DNA from: Candidatus Eiseniibacteriota bacterium
GTDB taxonomy: Bacteria; Eisenbacteria; RBG-16-71-46; SZUA-252
Direction: 5' to 3'
Length of the DNA stretch: 14,625 bases
Assembly: GCA_031370645.1 (NCBI GenBank)
Contig: JANMQV010000024.1
Span: forward strand, 1-14,625
The translations under genes were made by a program, and so were the position numbers. Under the pieces are notes generated by a model. The model did no database searches. It saw only the letters and a program-made list of their open reading frames with translations, and had not been told where the DNA came from. This document shows, piece by piece, positions 5,959 through 13,213 of the stretch (its first letter is position 1; each line of letters starts with the position of its first letter).

Positions 5959-6768
5959 ATGAATCCCGAATTCCAGGACGACGATCTCGCGAGGTTCGAA
6001 GCGAACGGAGCGGAACCTCTGCCGGCTCCTAGAGTCCACGGGCACGTGGAGCAGGACGGCGCTCGAATCTGGTACGCCACCTACGGCTCCGGCGCCCCCG
6101 TGATTCTGCTTCACGGCGGCCTCGGCCACAGCGGCAATTGGGGCTACCAGGTGCCTGCCATCGTCGAGTCCGGCCACCGTGTCGTGCTCATCGATAGCCG
6201 CGGCCACGGCAGGAGCACGCGCGACTCTCGACCGTTCACCTATGAATTGATGGCGTCCGATGTGCTCGCCGTAATGGATTCGTTGGGGTTGCATCAGGCG
6301 GCGTTCGTGGGGTGGAGCGACGGGGCCTGCACCGCGCTCGTCCTCGCAAGGAGCGCGCCGGAGCGGGTAGCCGGGGTCTTCTTCTTCGGCTGCAACATGG
6401 ATCCGAGCGGCACGAAGGAGTTCGAATTCACCCCCATCGTTTGCCGCTGCTTCGGCCGGCACACCAAGGACTACGCCGAACTCTCCGCAACGCCGGACGA
6501 GTTCGAGGGCTTCTCCGACGCGGTTGGCGCCATGATGAAGACGCAACCCAATTACTCCGCCAGTGACCTAGCCGAAGTCCGAGTCCCCGTCATCATCGTG
6601 CAGAGCGAGCACGATGAATTCATCAAACCGGAACACGCTGAGTATCTAGCGCAAACCATCCCCGGCGCCACGCTCGTCCGCCTTCCGGGTGTAAGCCACT
6701 TCGCGCCGCTCCAGCGGCCGGAGCTCTTCAATGCAGCCCTGCGCTCCTACTTCGCGAAAATCCGTTAG
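5959..6768 (+). CDS. Alpha/beta-fold hydrolase
   Basis: Motifs are PVILLHGGLG, IDSRGHGRS and the nucleophile elbow GWSDG, with Asp in EHDEFI and His in GVSHFA. The start is taken at ATG 5959 (MNPEFQDDDL), after the upstream stop. Confidence 0.9.
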   Translation: MNPEFQDDDLARFEANGAEPLPAPRVHGHVEQDGARIWYATYGSGAPVILLHGGLGHSGNWGYQVPAIVESGHRVVLIDSRGHGRSTRDSRPFTYELMASDVLAVMDSLGLHQAAFVGWSDGACTALVLARSAPERVAGVFFFGCNMDPSGTKEFEFTPIVCRCFGRHTKDYAELSATPDEFEGFSDAVGAMMKTQPNYSASDLAEVRVPVIIVQSEHDEFIKPEHAEYLAQTIPGATLVRLPGVSHFAPLQRPELFNAALRSYFAKIR

Positions 6769-6770
6769 TA

Positions 6771-6800
6771 GGGACGGGCCGAAAACAAAAGGGCCGTCTC
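6771..6800. terminator. Imperfect hairpin between convergent stop codons
   Basis: GGGACGG...CCGTCTC flanks the A-rich GAAAACAAAA, which reads as a U-tract on the - strand. Confidence 0.3.
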
Positions 6801-6801
6801 G

Positions 6802-7890
6802 TTACCCACCCGCGCTGACTCTCTGAACGAACCAGAACCCACCGGCGGCGATGATTCCCCACGAGCCGGCGGCGACGACGCGCGCCGCGAGCCGGGGAGC
6901 CTGCCGTTCCAGAAGGCCGAGAGCGGGCGCGATGAGAAGCACGATGCAAACCTGGCCCGCCTCGACCCCCAGGTTGAACCCGAGCAGCGACCACGCGAGC
7001 ACCTCGCGCGGGAGTCCCACTTCGCCGAGCACCGAGGCGAATCCGAAGCCGTGCATGAGCCCAAATCCGAACGCGATCGGGGCGCGCCAGTCACGCCCTC
7101 CGTGCCGCGTCCGCAGATTGTCCCAACCGATCGTGACGATGCTGATCGCGATCAGCGGTTCAACGACGCTTGCCGGCGGCCGAAAGGCTCCGAGCGCGGC
7201 CAACGCGAGCGTGATACTGTGCGCCGCCGTGAATGCCGTGACCACCCCGAGAATGCGGCGCGCTCCCCCTCCCAGAAGGATGAGCCCCACGATGAACAGG
7301 ATGTGGTCGGGTCCGATGAAGATGTGATGCATCCCCGCGGCCACGTATCGAGTGAACGCGGCGGCCGCCCCCGCGGCGTCGGTTCGATAGACCTCGACGC
7401 GAGGGTGCCCGGCGGTGAGAACGTCTTGCCGCGTCAATCGACCGTCGACATAAACCTTCAAGAAGGTCTCGTGCTGCGTTGCCACGGTGAAGAGCCGGGA
7501 TTCGACCGCGATCGACCGGAGCGGGCGCCGGGGGAGGGCCTCGAGTGCGAACGCCACGGAGTTCCGCTCGGGAACCGTGGATGCCCCCAGGAATCGAAAC
7601 CTGAGACCCTCCGCGTCTCCCCGGATCGAAAATCGCGCCGCCACGTCGCGCGCCAGCCGCTCCGCGGTCGGACCGGACACCGCGTCCGCCAGCAGAAGAG
7701 ATGCCGGCGCCACGCCGAGAAGCGTCGCGGCATCATCGCGGTGGAGCGTCACGGTCACCGCCAAGCGGGCGCCGCGCCACTCGATGTCGGCGTAGCTGAA
7801 GGACTGATCGTGAGCCGAAGCGGTCGCCGGCAGCGAGAGCGCAGCACCGAGCGCGAGCACGCGGGCCAGGGTGACACGCCGGCGCGTCAT
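6802..7890 (-). CDS. HupE/UreJ-family membrane protein with an N-terminal periplasmic domain
   Basis: ATG 7890 overlaps the DUF4198 stop (ATGA). The signal peptide ends ASA|HDQ. Motifs are GMHHIFIGPDHILF, VTAFTAAHSITL, VEPLIAISI, FGFGLMHGFGFA and FNLGVEAGQ. Confidence 0.9.
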   Translation of the reverse strand: MTRRRVTLARVLALGAALSLPATASAHDQSFSYADIEWRGARLAVTVTLHRDDAATLLGVAPASLLLADAVSGPTAERLARDVAARFSIRGDAEGLRFRFLGASTVPERNSVAFALEALPRRPLRSIAVESRLFTVATQHETFLKVYVDGRLTRQDVLTAGHPRVEVYRTDAAGAAAAFTRYVAAGMHHIFIGPDHILFIVGLILLGGGARRILGVVTAFTAAHSITLALAALGAFRPPASVVEPLIAISIVTIGWDNLRTRHGGRDWRAPIAFGFGLMHGFGFASVLGEVGLPREVLAWSLLGFNLGVEAGQVCIVLLIAPALGLLERQAPRLAARVVAAGSWGIIAAGGFWFVQRVSAGG

Positions 7891-8774
7891 CGGCGTTCGA
7901 AGGTAAGCGATGCCCACGTGCTCTCCCAATCGGCTATGGCTCGATCGGATGAAGGGACCATCGTCACCGCGCTCACGAGCCATTCGCCGGCGGTTCGCAC
8001 GTCGAGGACAGCCTCCCCTCGCGCGTCGGTCGTTCCGCGCCAGCAGACAACGGACGAATCGCGCGCCGATGGATCGGTCGGCATCCCCGAGGGTTCGAGC
8101 CTCGTGCGCCATGCCTTCACAAGCACGCCAGCGACGGGTCGCCCCTGCGCGAGAACGCGAATGGGAAGCGTCGATCCCGATCCCGGCGCGACGAGCGGAA
8201 CGATCTCGAAGGGGAGGCCGAACGGCACGGTGGCGCGCCTCTCGATGTCCCCCGTGAGCCAGGCCTTGGCGCAGCGGCGATACCGCTCTCGCCCGGGAAC
8301 GGCGGCGCCAAGCCTGCGCGAAGCCGCGAGACGCACGGCCAACGCGTCGTTCAGCCCCTCGTCGCGCAAGTAGCGGTCGAAGCGCTCAGGATCGAGCGTA
8401 ATGGGGGTGAAGTCCGATTCGAACGCGAGGAGCGCACCTCCGTGGTCGGAGGGGGAAAAACGCACCCATTCCAATTCGCCCGCCGCCGCCGCCGCACTCA
8501 GATCTAGCACCTTGGTTGCGCGGACTGCGAAGCGGACGCCGTGGTTGGGCGACCATGGCTTTCGCTCACCCCGAAATCCCGTACCCGCCACCGCGGCGAT
8601 CGATACCGGTGCTCCCGGGATCCCGTCGTAGCGCGAAGGCGCGAGCCAATATTCGTGCGCGTGGGCGATCGGAGGGAGACAGGCAGCCGCGACCGTGACG
8701 CTCGCGACGAGAACGAGCGAGCGCGCCCCCACCAGGGCGGCATGAACGCTTTGGGTGATTCGGGGACGCGTCAT
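7887..8774 (-). CDS. DUF4198-family periplasmic protein (Ni/Co uptake associated)
   Basis: The signal peptide ends AHA|HEYWLAP. Motifs are FDRYLRDEGL, RERYRRCAKA, GLPFEIVP, TTDARG and DWESTWASLTF. Start 8774 is preferred over 8783 because 8783 abuts the -10 element. Confidence 0.85.
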   Translation of the reverse strand: MTRPRITQSVHAALVGARSLVLVASVTVAAACLPPIAHAHEYWLAPSRYDGIPGAPVSIAAVAGTGFRGERKPWSPNHGVRFAVRATKVLDLSAAAAAGELEWVRFSPSDHGGALLAFESDFTPITLDPERFDRYLRDEGLNDALAVRLAASRRLGAAVPGRERYRRCAKAWLTGDIERRATVPFGLPFEIVPLVAPGSGSTLPIRVLAQGRPVAGVLVKAWRTRLEPSGMPTDPSARDSSVVCWRGTTDARGEAVLDVRTAGEWLVSAVTMVPSSDRAIADWESTWASLTFERR

Positions 8775-8783
8775 ACTTCCCAT

Positions 8784-8809
8784 TACGAAGCCGAACAGGA
8801 AGTGGATGA
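8784..8809 (-). promoter_or_regulatory. ECF (SigK-like) promoter TCATCC-N15-TCGTA upstream of DUF4198
   Basis: The - strand reads TCATCC acttcctgtt CGGCT TCGTA. This is one of three matching copies. Confidence 0.8.
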
Positions 8810-8824
8810 GGGACCTGCGTGGAG

Positions 8825-9628
8825 TTAGACGCCGACCTTTCCGACGAGGACGACGGGGCCGGCAGGCGCATGGGGAGTCGGCGCTCCGCCAGCCGCCTCG
8901 AGGGAGACCGCGAACGCCGCCGGCGCCTCCGCAGCGCCGACGTCGGTGAGGCGGATCAACGCGTTTCCCGCACCGTCGGCGCGAATGACACCGAGACTCG
9001 CGGGGCCCGACGCGGTGATCGCCCAGAGCTGATAATCCTTCCCGGCCGGCGGGGTGAAGTTCGAAAGGGCAACGACCGCTCGCTTGCTGTCGGGATCGTA
9101 GGTCACCTTCGCGACGAGCTCCTTCGATCCGTCAGGAGTCGGTTCGAGTCTGATTTCCCTGGCGTGCGGCGCGGACCAGAAAGCGGTCCACTCTTCCTCG
9201 ATGTGAAGTTTGGCTTCGAGCGCGGCGACTTCGCTTCGAGTGGCCGCGAGCTGGCGTTCGATGTCGGCGGTGACGCGCCAGTGCCAGACCCCGGCGGCGA
9301 GCGCAAGCAACGCGGCCGCACCCCACGCCCACGCCAACGGCCGGCGGCGCGGCGCCATCGCCAGCGGCTGCGTCGGGCGAGAGGCCCGGTCGGCCGCAGC
9401 TTCTGCGCGAACCGCATCGAGTACGCGGGCACGAACCGCCGTCGGCGCACGGTGAATCGGCGCCGCCGAGGCCACCAGGTAGGCGGCGCGGCCCAGGCGT
9501 TCGATTTCCGCGCGGCAGACGGCGCAGCCCTCGTCCAGATGGGCCTCGAACAAGCGGCGCTCTTCGTCGCTCAGGTCGCCGACGACGAACCCGGCGCAGA
9601 GAATGAGATGTTCGTCCTGGTGAGCCAT
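8825..9628 (-). CDS. rskA: RskA-family anti-sigma factor (N-terminal zinc-finger/ZAS-like region, one TM helix, RskA domain)
   Basis: ATG 9628 overlaps the sigma stop (TGATG). The N-terminus has H...EERRLFEAHLDEGCAVC and the TM is WAWGAAALLALAAGVW. The RskA domain has PPAGKDYQLWAI...PASLG and FAVSLEAAGGAPTP. Confidence 0.9.
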   Translation of the reverse strand: MAHQDEHLILCAGFVVGDLSDEERRLFEAHLDEGCAVCRAEIERLGRAAYLVASAAPIHRAPTAVRARVLDAVRAEAAADRASRPTQPLAMAPRRRPLAWAWGAAALLALAAGVWHWRVTADIERQLAATRSEVAALEAKLHIEEEWTAFWSAPHAREIRLEPTPDGSKELVAKVTYDPDSKRAVVALSNFTPPAGKDYQLWAITASGPASLGVIRADGAGNALIRLTDVGAAEAPAAFAVSLEAAGGAPTPHAPAGPVVLVGKVGV

Positions 9629-10185
9629 CACGAGAAATCCTCTGGGGGCACCAGTGACCCAAGTTTGAGGAGCGCCTGGCGCGTCCACGACTTCACGGTC
9701 CCGAGCGGAGCGCCCACGCGCCCGGCGATCTCAACCTGCGAGAGTCCCGAGTAGTAGGCGAGTTCCAACACCTGCCGATGGTGCGTCTCGAGCTGCCCGA
9801 GCGCCGCCGTCACCCGCTCGCTCCGCTGGCGCTGGGACGCTTCGTCGGCAGCATCGGCGGTGGGCGCAGGCGGATCGAGCGTCGATTCACTCTCCACGCG
9901 CCGCCTCGAGCCTTCGCTTCTCAGGCGATCGATGGCGCGGCTCCTTGCGACCGTTACGAGCCAAGCGCCGACGGCGCCGCGCGACGCGTCGTAAGACCCG
10001 GCGGTGCGCCACACCTGAAGCCAGGTCTCCTGGAGCACCTCTTCGGCCTCGGCCGCCCCACGGACGATGCGGAGGATCACGGAGTAGAGAAGATCGGCGT
10101 GGCGGTCATAGAGATCCGCAAGCGCGCGTTCGTCCCGGGCTCGAATCCGTTCCATGGAGGATCGATCACGATCGCGGTCGTTCAC
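9628..10185 (-). CDS. ECF sigma factor, SigK-like
   Basis: GTG start. Region 2 reads AEEVLQETWLQVWRTAGSYDASRG...WLVTVARSRAIDRLR. Region 4 reads LELAYYSGLSQVEIA...PLGTVKSWTRQAL. Confidence 0.93.
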   Translation of the reverse strand: MNDRDRDRSSMERIRARDERALADLYDRHADLLYSVILRIVRGAAEAEEVLQETWLQVWRTAGSYDASRGAVGAWLVTVARSRAIDRLRSEGSRRRVESESTLDPPAPTADAADEASQRQRSERVTAALGQLETHHRQVLELAYYSGLSQVEIAGRVGAPLGTVKSWTRQALLKLGSLVPPEDFS

Positions 10186-10223
10186 GGGCGGTGTCAGGTC
10201 TCTCGCGGTCCATACATCTTATC

Positions 10224-10249
10224 TACGGAGCCGGGCGAATCGGGGATGC
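10224..10249 (-). promoter_or_regulatory. ECF autoregulatory promoter GCATCC-N15-CCGTA upstream of the sigma gene
   Basis: The - strand reads GCATCC ccgattcgcc CGGCT CCGTA, ending 38 nt before the GTG start. Confidence 0.8.
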
Positions 10250-10376
10250 GCCACGGCGCCGTGAAGCGAACACCGGATTCTCCATCCGGGACCCGAGACT
10301 AGCCAGGCGACTCCCCAGCCGCAAGAGGTCATTCCGTCGATTACCGCGGCAGCGAGCGATGAAGGTGCGGATGGGG

Positions 10377-10402
10377 TCATCCGCATCGCACACGGCTCCG
10401 TA
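10377..10402 (+). promoter_or_regulatory. ECF promoter TCATCC-N15-CCGTA upstream of DUF4331
   Basis: The + strand reads TCATCC gcatcgcaca CGGCT CCGTA. Confidence 0.82.
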
Positions 10403-10484
10403 ATAGGGGCATCGAGGGGAAGCATGGCCCTTCTTACCCGGCCCCGATCAGCCGGACGACCACCCTTATGAAAGGATTCCGCCG

Positions 10485-12212
10485 ATGCTACGACGCATCA
10501 TTCACTCCGCCGCCGCCGGCGGCCTGGCGCTCGCACTCCTGATTTCGCCCTCGGCCTCCCGTGCATCGAGCCACAGCGAAGCGCCCGGAACCAGCAAGGA
10601 CCGACTGGCCGACGACACCGACCTCTACGCCTGGATCGCGAACGACGCGCCGGACGCGGTCACGATCGTGGGCAACTGGGTTCCCCTCATCGAGCCGGCC
10701 AGCGGACCCAACTTCGCTTCGTTCGACGACGAGGCTCACTACTACATCAACATCGACAATGTCGGGGATTCGAAGAAGCACATCCGCTTCGAGTTCACGT
10801 TCCACACCACTCGGCGAAACGAAGGCACGTTCCTCTACAACACCGGACCCGTTTCGAGCCTGACCGATCCCAATTTGAACGTCGTCCAGACGTGGACGCT
10901 CACCCGAGTCAACGTCGACACCGGCAACGAGACGGTGCTCGGCTCCGGACAAGTCGCTCCCTATTACGTCGGCCCCACCTCGATGCCGAACTACTCGGCA
11001 TTGGCCCAATCCGCCATCCAAGCCCTCCCCGGAGGCTACCGGGTCTTCGTGGGACCGCGCGACGATCCCTTCTTCGTCGATCTCGCGGCTGTCTTCGATC
11101 TCTTGAGCATTCGCCGCCTGCCGGGCGACAAAGGGAAGGGCATCGACGGCGTCGGCGGTTACAACGTGATGACGGTGGCCATGCAGATTCCGAAGGATCA
11201 ACTGACGAAAGACGGCACGTCCCCCGATCCGAGCCGCGGCAATCACATCCTCGGCGTCTGGGACACCGCGGAGCGCTCCCAGACGCGCACGCTGAACGGA
11301 GATGGCACCGTTATGAACGCGGGGCCGGAAGTCCAGGTGTCTCGGCTTGGCATGCCGCTCGTGAACGAACTCGTGATTCCGCTCGGGAAAAAGGATCTCT
11401 TCAATGCGAGTGAACCGTCGAACGACGTCGCGCAGTTCGGGGCTTCGGTGGTCGATCCCGAACCGGCGAAGCTCCTTCACGCGCTCTTGGGCATCAACGT
11501 GCCGCCTGCGCCGCGGAGCGATATCGTCGCCGTGTTCGCAACCGGCGTGGCGGGGCTCAATCAGCCCGCAAACGTCGCACCGGGGGAGATGCTTCGGCTC
11601 AACATGACGATTCCGCCGTCGGTGAAGCCGAGCCGATTCGGTGTCCTCGCGGGCGACCTCGCCGGATTTCCGAATGGGCGGCGTCTCGGAGACGACGTCG
11701 TGGATATCGAACTCCGTGTGGTAGCCGGCGTGCTGGTCGACGGCTTCAATGTATCGCCGAACAACCAGTTGGGCGACGGAGTCGACGGGAACGACCTCCC
11801 GTTCCTCCCCTATTTCCCGTACGTGGCGCCGCCGCAGAACCCGGTGAATCACGTCCACCACGACGATCGCCCCATCAGACTTGCGAACCTCGGCGCGGCC
11901 CTCCCCGCGCGCGACCTCCGGAACACCGGCGCGAGCGCCGGTGCCGCGCTCCGAATGGCGTCGACCACGCCTGGCCCGAACGCGGTGCTCCAATATTCGC
12001 TCGAGAAGGCCTCGCGGGTGACGCTTCGCGTCTACGACATCCAGGGAAGAATGGTCCGATCGCTCGTCGATCAAGACGCGGCGCCAGGAACCTTCCGCGC
12101 GGAGTGGGATGGCGGGGCGGACAATGGGGCGAACGCCGCACGCGGTGTCTACTTTGTTCGAATGACCGCGGCGGGGCAAACGGTCGATACGCGAAAGGTG
12201 ATTCTCCAGTAA
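10485..12212 (+). CDS. Secreted DUF4331-family protein with a C-terminal FlgD-Ig/T9SS-sorting-like domain
   Basis: AAAGGA RBS. The signal peptide ends SRA|SSHSEAP. Motifs are DDTDLYAW, FVGPRDDPFFVDL, QVSRLGMPLVNE, GFPNGRRLGDDVVDIELR and FPYVAPP. The tail reads LRVYDIQGRMVRSL...WDG...GVYFVRM...RKVILQ. Confidence 0.88.
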   Translation: MLRRIIHSAAAGGLALALLISPSASRASSHSEAPGTSKDRLADDTDLYAWIANDAPDAVTIVGNWVPLIEPASGPNFASFDDEAHYYINIDNVGDSKKHIRFEFTFHTTRRNEGTFLYNTGPVSSLTDPNLNVVQTWTLTRVNVDTGNETVLGSGQVAPYYVGPTSMPNYSALAQSAIQALPGGYRVFVGPRDDPFFVDLAAVFDLLSIRRLPGDKGKGIDGVGGYNVMTVAMQIPKDQLTKDGTSPDPSRGNHILGVWDTAERSQTRTLNGDGTVMNAGPEVQVSRLGMPLVNELVIPLGKKDLFNASEPSNDVAQFGASVVDPEPAKLLHALLGINVPPAPRSDIVAVFATGVAGLNQPANVAPGEMLRLNMTIPPSVKPSRFGVLAGDLAGFPNGRRLGDDVVDIELRVVAGVLVDGFNVSPNNQLGDGVDGNDLPFLPYFPYVAPPQNPVNHVHHDDRPIRLANLGAALPARDLRNTGASAGAALRMASTTPGPNAVLQYSLEKASRVTLRVYDIQGRMVRSLVDQDAAPGTFRAEWDGGADNGANAARGVYFVRMTAAGQTVDTRKVILQ

Positions 12213-12230
12213 CGACGATTCGGATGAGAG

Positions 12231-12268
12231 AAAGCCCCGGCGGCTCTGGCCGTCGGGGCTCCTTGTTT
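12231..12268. terminator. Rho-independent terminator between convergent genes, probably bidirectional
   Basis: A 12-bp stem AGCCCCGGCGGC-TCTG-GCCGTCGGGGCT (one G-U) is followed by CCTTGTTT and preceded by GAGAGAA. Confidence 0.75.
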
Positions 12269-12296
12269 CGTTCCTGCCTTCCCCCCGCGCGGCCGG

Positions 12297-13076
12297 CTAG
12301 CGCGCGCCTCCGTGCAACGTCTCGAGCATCTTCTTCGCGCCCTGATTCCGCGGTTCCACCGAGACCGCCTTCTCGTAGTGCACGGTCGCCTGCGCCGTAT
12401 CGGCCGCGGCCAAGTACGCCCCGCCGAGCGCTTCGTGCACGAACCCCGACTCCGGATAGAACTCGGCGTCGACGTTCAGAATAGAGATTGCGCCGCGCGG
12501 GTCCTTCTTCTCCAATGCGGCGCCGGCCACGTCCACCAGCGACCCTTCGCGGAAGTCGTACGAAGCCGAGCCGTAGAAGCGGCCGCGGAGCGCGCGATAG
12601 AGCGCGATCGTCGAGTCGGTCCCTGCCGCGGAGTACGTGCGCGTCAACTCCTCCGCCAGCGTCATCGGCAGCGGCCGCCCGTGGTGGCAGGTCTGGCACA
12701 TCATGTTCACCCGCTCCGCTTTCGCCGGCTGGATCGTCTTCAACTCCTTGTTCACTTTGCCGAGCATCTTGATCATGCCGCGCGCGATGTTCTTCTTCTC
12801 CTTCTTGTCGGAGGCGAAGTCGTAAGTGTCGAGCGGCTTTCCCTCTTCTCCCACATGGCAGTACGAGCAGCGGACACCGAGCGCCCGGGTGAAGCCGACC
12901 ATGTTGCCGCGGAGCTCGTCCGCCGACGTATTTTTCGGGAGCACCTTCAAGTTCTTGCTCTTCTCCGGCCACGACCAATGGGGTTGCTGGGCCTGGGCGG
13001 AGGGAACTGCGAACGAGGCAACGAGAAGCGAGAGGAGGAGCAGCGGGATCGCGAACATCGAGAGTCGGACGGTCAT
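12297..13076 (-). CDS. Periplasmic di-haem c-type cytochrome (photosynthetic reaction-centre cytochrome c-like) with a C-terminal TPR
   Basis: GGAGA RBS lies before ATG 13076. The signal peptide ends AQA|QQ. Motifs are KNLKVLP, M-x10-CSYCH, ARGMIKM and CQTCHHG. The TPR-like tail reads YPESGFVHEALGGAY...AT..YEKAVSVEPRN..A. Confidence 0.85.
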   Translation of the reverse strand: MTVRLSMFAIPLLLLSLLVASFAVPSAQAQQPHWSWPEKSKNLKVLPKNTSADELRGNMVGFTRALGVRCSYCHVGEEGKPLDTYDFASDKKEKKNIARGMIKMLGKVNKELKTIQPAKAERVNMMCQTCHHGRPLPMTLAEELTRTYSAAGTDSTIALYRALRGRFYGSASYDFREGSLVDVAGAALEKKDPRGAISILNVDAEFYPESGFVHEALGGAYLAAADTAQATVHYEKAVSVEPRNQGAKKMLETLHGGAR

Positions 13077-13195
13077 GGCGTCTCCAAACGGCCCAGGGCA
13101 AGTGACGGTTCGCACGATGGGGGAGGCCGGAGGATACAACGGCTTGGCCGCCGCTTCCGCCCCCATTCGCACCAGGCGCGGCCCGGCGGCAACTG

Positions 13196-13204
13196 TGCTA
13201 ACCT
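13196..13204 (+). promoter_or_regulatory. Extended -10 (TGcTAACCT) of the kinase gene; likely near-leaderless
   Basis: The element ends 9 nt before ATG 13214, and there is no Shine-Dalgarno sequence. Confidence 0.5.
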
Positions 13205-13213
13205 CCGCCCTTC

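Noticed and set aside
7051-8373. 440-aa plus-strand ORF
   Set aside because: It is the antisense shadow of HupE/UreJ and DUF4198 and is low-complexity and Arg-rich.
10349-10374. Minus-strand CCATCC as an additional ECF promoter
   Set aside because: The -10 position reads GCTGC. It is kept only as a palindrome arm.
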